From positions 5,787 to 37,786 of the forward strand of contig CAIPNM010000371.1 of the NCBI GenBank assembly GCA_903866395.1: a stretch of 32,000 nt of DNA, given 5' to 3'. The notes below the pieces were generated by a model. The model was not told the DNA's origin. It worked only from the letters and a program-made list of their open reading frames with translations, and made no database searches. The stretch is from an uncultured bacterium (GTDB lineage Bacteria; Pseudomonadota; Gammaproteobacteria; Burkholderiales; Burkholderiaceae_E). The position numbers and the translations under genes were made by a program. Of this stretch, positions 9,120 to 16,888 are shown piece by piece. Each line of letters opens with the position of its first letter. Positions within the stretch are counted from its first letter, which is position 1.

Positions 9120-10750
9120 GCGCCCCAATCTCTATTCTTTTGTGCGCGCTGGGCGGCGAGGGAGGCGGCGTTCTGGCCGGCTGGCTGGTGTCGGCCGCGC
9201 GCGCTGCCGGCCTGGCTGCACAGGCCACGTCCATCCCGGGCGTAGCCCAGCGCACCGGTGCCACCACCTACTACCTTGAGATTTACCCCGAGCCGTTGCC
9301 AGCCGGGGCGCCCAAGCCTGTGCTGGGCCTCAATCCGTTGCCTGGCCGACTCGATCTGCTGGTGTCCTCCGAACTGCTTGAAACCGCACGTCAGGTGGCT
9401 AACGGACTGCCGTCCAGCGACCGCACCACGGTCCTTAGCAACGCGGCGCGCGTACTCACCACCGCTGAAAAAATGGTGATGGGCGACGGCCGCCGCGATG
9501 CGGGGCGCCTGCGCGATCTGGTGGCGGCAAACAGCCACGACCACCGCTTGGTCGACATGACCAGCCTTACCACCCAGGCGGGCACGGTGATGAGCGCAGT
9601 GATGCTGGGGTGCATCGCCGGTGCTGGTCGTCTGCCGCTGCAAAGGGAGCACTTTGAAGCGGTGCTTGCGGGCGACTCGGCGTCGTCGCAGGCCAGCCGG
9701 CGCGGGTTTGAACTGGGTTTCAATGCGGTCACAGCGTCTGGCAATACCGAATGGCGTTCGGTATCGCGTCAGGGCTCGTCGTCGGAGTCGGTTCGTCTGC
9801 CGCAGGCCACGGGCGAGGGGGGCGGTTCGGCGCCTGCCAGCGAGGCTGCAGCCGCTGCGGCGATCGTGTCGCCCTGGGCGCGCGAGCAGGCGGCGCGCTT
9901 TCCGGCCGACGTTCACACGATCGCGGCGCTGGGCATTCAGCGGATGATGGACTACCAGGGCGCCGGCTATGCGGCGCTCTACATCGAGCGACTCCAGTCC
10001 ATCTTGAGCGCAGAGCGTGCTGCGGCATCCCACACGCATCCTGTGACCGTGGAAGCCGCGCGCTGGCTTGCACTCTGGATGGCTTTCGATGATGTCATCC
10101 GGGTGGCGGCCCTCAAGAGTGCTGCCTCGCGTCTGGAGCGCGTGCGGCGCGAAGCCGGGGCTGGTCCCCAGGACCTGCTTAAGCTCTACGATCACTTCAA
10201 ACCTGGTGTGCCTGAGCTCGCCGGTCTGCTTCCTGCGCCCCTGGCGCGTTGGCTGATCGAACGCGATCGTCGCCGGGTGGCCAGGGGGGTGCCGCCCTGG
10301 GCGCTTGCGCTTCGGATCGGTACCCATTCGGCCTTGGGGTTTCTTGCGCTACGGCTGCTCGCAAGCCTGCGGGTCGTACGTCCCTGGGGCAGTCGCTACC
10401 AGAGCGAACAGGCGGCAATCACGACCTGGGTCGAGGCGGTGATGCAGGGCTCGCGCGAGCACCCTGAGCTCGGCCTGGAGATTGCCCGCTGCGGGCGGCT
10501 GATCAAAGGCTATGGGGCCACCAACGAACGCGGCAAACGCAACCTCGCCCATGTGCTCGATCATCTGACCCAGCGGGACTCCCCTGCGCTCACTCGGGCG
10601 GCGGCCATCGCGAGTGTGCGCGACGCTGCGCTCAAGGACGAAGCGGGCCGCGCATTCGATCAGGCGCTGCGCGAGCACGGGGCGCCGCCTCGACCGGTCG
10701 AGGCCAAACCGGTGCTATGGCTGAAAAACCCCCGCACGGGTCGGGCCTGA
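9116..10750 (+). CDS. iorB: Indolepyruvate oxidoreductase beta-subunit family protein, long form with C-terminal extension
   Basis: Its ATG overlaps the iorA stop (ATGA at 9116-9119). The N-terminus ILLCALGGEGGGVLAGWL...TSIPGVAQRTGATTYYLE is the gamma/IorB-type domain. An Ala/Ser/Gly-rich linker and a C-terminal helical domain of about 300 aa follow. Confidence 0.8.
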   Translation: MSAPISILLCALGGEGGGVLAGWLVSAARAAGLAAQATSIPGVAQRTGATTYYLEIYPEPLPAGAPKPVLGLNPLPGRLDLLVSSELLETARQVANGLPSSDRTTVLSNAARVLTTAEKMVMGDGRRDAGRLRDLVAANSHDHRLVDMTSLTTQAGTVMSAVMLGCIAGAGRLPLQREHFEAVLAGDSASSQASRRGFELGFNAVTASGNTEWRSVSRQGSSSESVRLPQATGEGGGSAPASEAAAAAAIVSPWAREQAARFPADVHTIAALGIQRMMDYQGAGYAALYIERLQSILSAERAAASHTHPVTVEAARWLALWMAFDDVIRVAALKSAASRLERVRREAGAGPQDLLKLYDHFKPGVPELAGLLPAPLARWLIERDRRRVARGVPPWALALRIGTHSALGFLALRLLASLRVVRPWGSRYQSEQAAITTWVEAVMQGSREHPELGLEIARCGRLIKGYGATNERGKRNLAHVLDHLTQRDSPALTRAAAIASVRDAALKDEAGRAFDQALREHGAPPRPVEAKPVLWLKNPRTGRA

Positions 10751-10789
10751 GGGCTAGGCGGTTTGATTCGATTTCCGGAGTGCATCGCA

Positions 10790-11770
10790 ATGAACAAGAT
10801 GATTCGTACCCTTCTGTGTGCTGGACTCGCAGTGGCTGCGCTCGCGGGCGGCACGCCGGTTTTGGCGCAGTCGGGCGCCGCACCGCGCCCGCTCCGCATC
10901 GTTGCCAACTTTCCACCGGGGGGTGCGGCCGATCTCATCGCGCGCGCGGTGGCCATTCCGCTCTCAGAATCGCTTGGTCAACCGGTGGTGGTGGAAAACC
11001 GCGCGGGCGCCAACGGCAACCTGGGCGGTGAGGCGGTCGCGCGCTCCGCTCCAGACGGCAGCACGCTGCTCTTGAGTTCGGGCGGCATGGTGTCGGTCAA
11101 TCCGCACATCTATCCCAAAATGAGCTTCGACCCGGCGCGCGAACTGGTGCCGGTCGCATCCGCCGCACGGGTGCTGGTGTTTCTGGTCGCCCGCGCCGAT
11201 CTGCCGGTGGCCGACATCCGCGAATTTCTGTCCTATGTGAAGTCGCGGCCTGGCAAGCTCTCCTTCGGGTCGGCCGGCAACGGCAGTTCCCCGCATCTTG
11301 CCGCCGAGATGATGAAGAGCCAGGCCGAACTGTTTGCGGTCCATGTTCCCTACCGGGGCGCGGCGCCAGCGCTCCAGGATCTGCTCGCTGGTCAGATCGA
11401 TTTTTATTTTGATCCCGGCATCGGGCTCAACCAGGTTCGTGCCGGGAAGCTCAAGTTGCTGGCGGTGGGAAGTCTGCGGCGCTCACCGATGTTCCCCGAT
11501 ACCCCCACGCTCGATGAGGCCGGCCTCAAGGGCTTCGACGCCGATACCGTGTTTGGGTTCTATGCGCCGGCTGGCCTGGCAGTCGAGGCGGTTGCGCGGC
11601 TGAATACCGAGATCAACCGTGCGCTCGCGACGCCCGCAGTCACCGAGCGGATTCGCGCCTTGGGAGGCGAACCGTTGCCGCTCACGCCGGCGCAGTTCGG
11701 TGCCCGGATCGCTGATGATTCGAAGCGCTTTGGCGCGATCATCCGCGAACGCAATATCCGAGGCGACTGA
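10790..11770 (+). CDS. Bug/TctC-family substrate-binding protein (orphan)
   Basis: The signal peptide is MNKMIRTLLCAGLAVAALAGGTPVLAQS. Family blocks are present: RIVANFPPGGAADLIAR, NRAGANGNLG, VPYRGAAPALQDLLAGQIDF. Confidence 0.9.
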   Translation: MNKMIRTLLCAGLAVAALAGGTPVLAQSGAAPRPLRIVANFPPGGAADLIARAVAIPLSESLGQPVVVENRAGANGNLGGEAVARSAPDGSTLLLSSGGMVSVNPHIYPKMSFDPARELVPVASAARVLVFLVARADLPVADIREFLSYVKSRPGKLSFGSAGNGSSPHLAAEMMKSQAELFAVHVPYRGAAPALQDLLAGQIDFYFDPGIGLNQVRAGKLKLLAVGSLRRSPMFPDTPTLDEAGLKGFDADTVFGFYAPAGLAVEAVARLNTEINRALATPAVTERIRALGGEPLPLTPAQFGARIADDSKRFGAIIRERNIRGD

Positions 11771-11781
11771 CTTCCGTTCCT

Positions 11782-14238
11782 ATGCGGCGACCCGCGTTTC
11801 AACGCTCTCTTCCGAAGGGCGATCCAAAACATGAAGCGGGGCGAGTTCAGGCTGGCTCGCGCCTGATATCCCATGCGGCGGCGGGTGCACGTCACGCGCT
11901 GGGCGGGGTGCGACAAGCAGCCCGCTGGGCGTGTCTGGGCGGAGCATTACTCGTGGCGATGCTTCAGGCGACTCAGGCGCAGCCTGGTTCGACACAGGCC
12001 CAATCCGGGCCCATGCAGTTCTCCGCCGCGCCGGCGCTGGCCCGCTCCACATCAGCGACCGATCCGCTTTCGTCCGCCGCCGCCCCGACTTCGCCGCCTT
12101 TGGCGCGACGACCCGTGGTGGCCGTGGTGCTGGGCGGTGGGGGCGCGCGCGGTGCGGCGCATGTGGGTGTGCTCCGCGTGCTCGAACGCGCGGGCGTGCC
12201 GATCGACATCGTGACTGGCACGAGCGCGGGCGCGATCGTGGGCGGCTTGTACGCGGCCGGCCAGTCGCCCGACCAGATCGAGGAGACGCTGCGCGGCATT
12301 GACTGGGACGCCACGCTATCAGATCAGCCCCCCCGTTCGCGTCGGGTGCAAAACAGCCGCGCCGATGAACGGGTGATGATCTCGCGCGAAGTGGCTGGTG
12401 TGAGCGAACTCGAGGTTCGAGCGCCCAGCGCGCTGGTTCAGGGCCAGCAGTTCGATTTCATTCTGCGCAACCTCACCCTGCCGGTTCAGCGCGTGACCGA
12501 CTTCGACCGGTTGCGTGTCCGCTTCCGTGCGGTGGCAACCGATGCGGCCACCGGTGACCCGGTGGTCCTCGGTGGCGGCGATCTCGCGCGCGTGATTCGG
12601 GCAAGCATGGCAGTACCGGCGGTATTTGCCGGGGTTGACATCAATGGACGGTTGTTGATCGACGGAGCGGTATCGAACAACCTGCCGATTTCGGTGGCGA
12701 TCGAGATGGGGGCCGATATTGTGATTGCTGTCGATATCAGCACACCGCTTCGCCCGCGAGAGCAGCTCGGTTCACTACTCGCCATGATGGACCAGATGAC
12801 CGGCTTCCTCACGGCCCGCAACACTGCTGATCAGATCGCACGGCTGCGGGCGGTCGATTTGCTCCTGCGTCCGCAGCTTGATGGCCTTGCGACCTCGGAT
12901 TTTTCGCAGGCGCACCAGGCTGTGCAATTGGGCGAGCGGGCGGCGGCGCAGGCCATCCATCGGATCGAAGAAATCGCCGCGCTCGCGCGCGTCGACACGG
13001 CCCGTCAGCCCGCGTCTGCTTCACCAACGGCAGGGACGGCGCCGGTGTTGCCAGTCATCCGTTTCGTGCGCTTCGAGAACCCGTCTTCGCTGCGCGACGA
13101 CGTGCTGCGCGCCAAGCTTGGCGATCTGCTCGATCGCCCGCTCGATCTCGACAGACTCAAGCTCGGGCTTGACCGTATTTATGCAACCGAGGCCTTCGAA
13201 AGCGTGCGGTATCGCCTGGACGAAGATGGCGAACGCACCGGGCTGGTGGTGTCGGTGACGCCGCGTTCATGGGGGCGAGACGCCCTGAACTTTGGCCTGC
13301 GCATGGCGGCGGAACGCCGGCGCGGAGCCGAATTCGATTTTGGCGTGGCCTACGAGGCGCGGGCGATCAACGAACTCAACGGCAAATGGCGAACCGAACT
13401 TCAGCTTGGCCAGAGCACACTGCTTGCCACCGAAATCTACCAGCCGCTTGATCCTGCGGAATACTGGTTTGTGAATGCACGTCTTGGCGCTTCTGACACG
13501 CTGCGAAAGCGCTACGTCAACAATCAGGCGGTATCGGAATATGGTATTGCGCGAACGGGCGTCCTGGCAGCGTTCGGTGCAAACGTCGATCGCTACGGCG
13601 ACGTGCGCACGGGCTTCCGGCGCTATGTCGGTCACACCCGGCTGGCGGTGGGCGAACGCGATCCCTATCCCCGCTATCAGTTTGATGAGGCGAGTATTTT
13701 TGTCTCCACCGAATTCGAGAACCTCGATTCCATCCGCTTCCCGCGGTCGGGCGGCCGCCTGCTGCTCATTCGCACGCACTCCTTGCCGCATCTTGGCGCG
13801 AGCGCCGACTATCGGCAGTTCGAGGCCCGCGCCACCGTGGCGCGCAGCTGGTCCGCGCACACGCTGATCGGTCAGGCGAATGTCGGACTCACCACCGGCG
13901 GCAGCGCACCGCTTGAAGCTCAGTTCTCCATGGGCGGTCTCTTCACGATGCCGGGCTACAACATTGATTCACTGCTCGGTCAGCAGCTTGTGCATTCATC
14001 GCTCACCTACATGTACTCATTCGGTCGCGTCGGTTTGCTACCGGTCTACCTTGGCGCCTCCTGGCACGCTGGCAATGTCCGCGAGGAGCGGTCGGCAGTC
14101 CAGGGTTCACGGTTACTCCAGGGCCGGGCCGTATTCGCGGGGACCGACACCCTGATCGGTCCAATCTACCTGGGGGTGGGCGCCTCCCCGGGTGTGGGCA
14201 GCGCTCTCTATCTGAACCTCGGTCAGTCCGCATTCTGA
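11782..14238 (+). CDS. Patatin-like phospholipase fused to a POTRA domain and an Omp85-type beta-barrel (PlpD-like, type Vd secretion)
   Basis: Patatin motifs are present: VLGGGGARGAAHVG (oxyanion hole), GTSAG (nucleophile elbow) and DGAVSNNLP (catalytic Asp). A POTRA-like segment follows (IRFVRFENPSSLRDDVLRAKLGDLL...DRIYATEAFESVRYRL), then a roughly 300-aa beta-strand-rich C-terminus ending in LNLGQSAF with a terminal aromatic residue. Start uncertainty: ATG 11782 has no SD and places 42 aa ahead of the signal peptide. GTG 11908 would give a clean signal peptide (VRQAARWACLGGALLVAMLQATQA). Confidence 0.85.
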   Translation: MRRPAFQRSLPKGDPKHEAGRVQAGSRLISHAAAGARHALGGVRQAARWACLGGALLVAMLQATQAQPGSTQAQSGPMQFSAAPALARSTSATDPLSSAAAPTSPPLARRPVVAVVLGGGGARGAAHVGVLRVLERAGVPIDIVTGTSAGAIVGGLYAAGQSPDQIEETLRGIDWDATLSDQPPRSRRVQNSRADERVMISREVAGVSELEVRAPSALVQGQQFDFILRNLTLPVQRVTDFDRLRVRFRAVATDAATGDPVVLGGGDLARVIRASMAVPAVFAGVDINGRLLIDGAVSNNLPISVAIEMGADIVIAVDISTPLRPREQLGSLLAMMDQMTGFLTARNTADQIARLRAVDLLLRPQLDGLATSDFSQAHQAVQLGERAAAQAIHRIEEIAALARVDTARQPASASPTAGTAPVLPVIRFVRFENPSSLRDDVLRAKLGDLLDRPLDLDRLKLGLDRIYATEAFESVRYRLDEDGERTGLVVSVTPRSWGRDALNFGLRMAAERRRGAEFDFGVAYEARAINELNGKWRTELQLGQSTLLATEIYQPLDPAEYWFVNARLGASDTLRKRYVNNQAVSEYGIARTGVLAAFGANVDRYGDVRTGFRRYVGHTRLAVGERDPYPRYQFDEASIFVSTEFENLDSIRFPRSGGRLLLIRTHSLPHLGASADYRQFEARATVARSWSAHTLIGQANVGLTTGGSAPLEAQFSMGGLFTMPGYNIDSLLGQQLVHSSLTYMYSFGRVGLLPVYLGASWHAGNVREERSAVQGSRLLQGRAVFAGTDTLIGPIYLGVGASPGVGSALYLNLGQSAF

Positions 14239-14248
14239 TGACCACACA

Positions 14249-14264
14249 CCCGTTCGCGAACGGG
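14249..14264 (+). terminator. Perfect 16-bp palindrome/hairpin just downstream of the PlpD-like gene
   Basis: CCCGTTCGCGAACGGG is its own reverse complement (6-bp stem, CGCG loop) and lies 11 nt after the stop. No U-tract follows, so terminator function is uncertain. It could equally be a protein-binding site. Confidence 0.3.
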
Positions 14265-14278
14265 GCTCCCTTCGCACG

Positions 14279-14362
14279 CTCGATCTGATCGCTGAGCGGC
14301 GAATTCGTGAGGCGATCGAACGCGGCGAATTGAAAGACCTGCCCGGCTAGGGGCGGCCGCTA
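14279..14362 (+). pseudogene. Remnant of a DUF1992/YhdN-family (DnaJ-C28-like) gene with an in-frame TAG
   Basis: The frame reads LDLIAERRIREAIERGELKDLPG*GRPL. This matches the conserved N-terminal block of the family (E. coli YhdN: LLDQWAERHIIEAQEKGEFDNLPGSGEPL, from memory). There is no start codon upstream in frame. TAG at 14348-14350 sits at the variable position, and similarity ends after GRPL, before the convergent trpB2-like gene. Confidence 0.55.
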
Positions 14363-14412
14363 AGGTGCGCTGGCCCGCGCGCGCCGGGCCGGCGTGCGAT
14401 GAGAAGGCTTGG

Positions 14413-15777
14413 CTACGCGCTCACGCTGGGCAGGCCCGCAAGCGCCATCGCCAGTTCTTTCTCGTCGTAACTTTCGTCACGCAGTTCGCCCGCGAAGTAC
14501 TTCTGGTAGGCGCTCATGTCGAAGTGCCCATGTCCGCACAGGTTGAACAGGATGGTTTCCGAGCGTCCTTCGCGCTTACAGCGTAGCGCCTCTTCAATGG
14601 CGCCTTTGACTGCATGATTTGCCTCCGGCGCGGGTACGATGCCTTCGCTGCGCGCGAACTGAACGCCCGCTGCAAAGCATTCCGTTTGGGTGTAGGCGCT
14701 GGCCTCGATCAACCCAAGTTCCTTCAGATGCGAGACCAGCGGCGCCATGCCGTGATATCGCAGGCCGCCCGCGTGAAACGCCGGTGGCGTGAAGGTAGAC
14801 CCCAAAGTGTGCATCTTGACGAGCGGGGTCATCTTGCCGGTGTCGCCGAAGTCGTAACCGTAGCGGCCTCGCGTGAGCGACGGGCAAGCTGCGGGCTCAA
14901 CCGCAACGATGCGAGGCTTGACCCCGCCTCGCAGACCGTGCCCGATGAAGGGGAAGGTGATGCCGGCGAAATTCGAGCCGCCGCCTGTGCAGCCCACGAT
15001 CACATCGGGCCAGGCGTTGGCCATCTGCATCTGTTCGATGGCTTCGAGACCGACGATAGTCTGGTGCATCAGGACATGGTTCAGCACTGAGCCCAGCGCG
15101 TACTTAGTGTCTTCTCGCTGCGCAGCGAGTTCGACCGCCTCGGAGATGGCGATACCGAGGCTGCCCGGATGGTCGGGCCGCTCTGCCAGCACACTTCGGC
15201 CGTATACAGTTTCTGTCGACGGTGAGGGCAGGCAACGCGCACCATAGGTTTCCATGACTGCGCGCCGGTAGGGCTTCTGGTCATAGGACACCCGAACCTG
15301 GAACACGAGGATTTCCAGCCCATAGATCTGGCCTGCAAAAGAGAGCGAGGTGCCCCACTGACCCGCGCCAGTTTCCGTGGTGAGGCGCTTCACGCCAGCC
15401 GCAGCATTGAAGAACGCCTGCGGCACCGCGGTGTTGGGCTTGTGGCTGCCCGCCGGGCTTACCCCCTCGTATTTGTAAAAAATCTTGGCCGGGGTGCCGA
15501 GTGCCTTTTCGAGGCGGTGTGCGCGATAAAGCGGCGAGGGGCGCCAAAGACGGTAGACCTCGCGCACTGGCTCCGGAATCTCGATCTCGCGCTCGGTGCT
15601 CACTTCCTGAAGGATCAGGTCCATGGGAAAGAGCGGGGCAAGATCTGCCGGGCCGATTGGCTGCAAGGTGCCCGGGTGCAGGACGGGAGGCAGCGCCACG
15701 GGAAGGTCGGCCTGAATGTTGTACCAGGCGCGCGGCATCTGTGCTTCGTCGAGCTGATACTTGGTCGGTGTCGTCAT
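14413..15777 (-). CDS. TrpB2-type (TrpB-like) PLP-dependent beta-replacement enzyme
   Basis: The 454-aa length is typical of TrpB2. The N-terminal extension MPRAWYNIQADLP, then RPSPLYRAHRLEKALGTPAKIFYKYEGVSPAGSHKPNTA (PLP lysine), GGGSNFAG and the C-terminal LFNLCGHGHFD are all present. SD GGAGAC lies upstream. Confidence 0.9.
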   Translation of the reverse strand: MTTPTKYQLDEAQMPRAWYNIQADLPVALPPVLHPGTLQPIGPADLAPLFPMDLILQEVSTEREIEIPEPVREVYRLWRPSPLYRAHRLEKALGTPAKIFYKYEGVSPAGSHKPNTAVPQAFFNAAAGVKRLTTETGAGQWGTSLSFAGQIYGLEILVFQVRVSYDQKPYRRAVMETYGARCLPSPSTETVYGRSVLAERPDHPGSLGIAISEAVELAAQREDTKYALGSVLNHVLMHQTIVGLEAIEQMQMANAWPDVIVGCTGGGSNFAGITFPFIGHGLRGGVKPRIVAVEPAACPSLTRGRYGYDFGDTGKMTPLVKMHTLGSTFTPPAFHAGGLRYHGMAPLVSHLKELGLIEASAYTQTECFAAGVQFARSEGIVPAPEANHAVKGAIEEALRCKREGRSETILFNLCGHGHFDMSAYQKYFAGELRDESYDEKELAMALAGLPSVSA

Positions 15778-15843
15778 GCCGTGTCTCCGTCGTTGAGTGG
15801 GAATGATCTGTAACGCCTTGCCCTTGCGCCTGGAATCTGGTGG

Positions 15844-16827
15844 TCAGTCAGCGAATACGCCCGCTTTTTTGATGACCGGCCCCCACTTGGCGATTTCTGC
15901 CTGGAGATGAGTGCGCAGTCCCTCAGGGGAAATTTTGTCAGCGGGCGGAATGTCCGAACTCAGATCGGCCATCCGTTTGACGACCGCCGCGTCGGTGAGC
16001 GCTTCACGAAGCGAACGGGTGAGTTTTTCGGTGATGTCACGCGGCGTGCCCTTGGGGGCGTAGACGCCGTGCCAGACCTTCACTTCGAAGCCCTTGAGCC
16101 CCTGCTCGTCAAGGGTTGGCACGCTGGGTAGCGCTGCCAACCGGCTGGTGGAGGTGACGCCATAAATCTTCACCCGCCCGTCGCGGATCATTGGAACAGT
16201 CTGTGTGGTCTGGTCGCAAAGAAGGTCGACCTGACCGCCCAGCAGATCGGTCATGGCCGGGCCAGTTCCTTTATAGGGGACGGTAGTGAGGTCGGTGGCG
16301 ATGGCGGACATGAACATCATGCCGCACAGATGCGAGACCGCGCCCAGGCCCGCGTTGGCAAGCGTTACCTTGTCCTTGTTGGCCTTCACATAAGCGATCA
16401 GCTGCTGCAGGTTTTCAGCGGGAAAATCTTTCCTGGCCAGCATGGTCATGGGTACATCAAGCGCCTGACCGATGTATTCAAAGCTGGCGAGCGGGTCGAA
16501 AGACAGCCGACGGTAGAGCGCCGGCGCAGTGGCCATCCCCATATGATGGATCAGCACGGTGTAGCCATCGGGGTTTGATTTGGCAACGCGCTGTGAAGCG
16601 ATGGTGCCGCCTGCGCCCACGGTGTTTTCCACCACCACCGTTGTGCCCAGCGATTTGCCCATCGGGCCCGAGATCATGCGCGCGACCACATCGGTGGGGC
16701 CGCCGGCCGCGAATGGCACAACCAGAACGATGGGCTTGGTGGGGTAGGACTGGGCACTCGCCTGCGAACCCACCGCTGCCAGGGCAGCGGCGAGCAGGGG
16801 CAGGAAAATGCGGGCGCGTGGGTTCAT
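15844..16827 (-). CDS. Bug/TctC-family substrate-binding protein (orphan)
   Basis: The signal peptide is MNPRARIFLPLLAAALAAVGSQASAQS. Family blocks are present: PIVLVVPFAAGGPTDVVAR, ENTVGAGGTIA, VPYKGTGPAMTDLLGGQVDL. SD GAGGAAAG lies upstream. Confidence 0.9.
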   Translation of the reverse strand: MNPRARIFLPLLAAALAAVGSQASAQSYPTKPIVLVVPFAAGGPTDVVARMISGPMGKSLGTTVVVENTVGAGGTIASQRVAKSNPDGYTVLIHHMGMATAPALYRRLSFDPLASFEYIGQALDVPMTMLARKDFPAENLQQLIAYVKANKDKVTLANAGLGAVSHLCGMMFMSAIATDLTTVPYKGTGPAMTDLLGGQVDLLCDQTTQTVPMIRDGRVKIYGVTSTSRLAALPSVPTLDEQGLKGFEVKVWHGVYAPKGTPRDITEKLTRSLREALTDAAVVKRMADLSSDIPPADKISPEGLRTHLQAEIAKWGPVIKKAGVFAD

Positions 16828-16888
16828 GGCTTTCCTCGGTTGGCGCGCACTGTCGTGCGGAAAAACGGGATGTTAACCGGCGATTCGC

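Noticed and set aside
6951-10327. Minus-strand ORFs 6951-7799 (282 aa), 7827-8528 (233 aa), 8538-9128 (196 aa) and 9041-10327 (428 aa)
   Set aside because: They are antisense to iorA/iorB, which carry clear TPP and Fe-S motifs. The translations are Arg-rich with no motifs.
14238-14288. 16-codon ORF MTTHPFANGAPFARSI starting in the plpD-like stop region
   Set aside because: It is too short, has no SD and no support. The neighbouring frame carries the DUF1992-like signature instead.
14372-14390. Hairpin GGCCCG-CGCGCGC-CGGGCC downstream of the trpB2-like gene, considered as a bidirectional terminator
   Set aside because: There is no T/A tract on either side. It may contribute to termination but cannot be supported as an intrinsic terminator from sequence alone.
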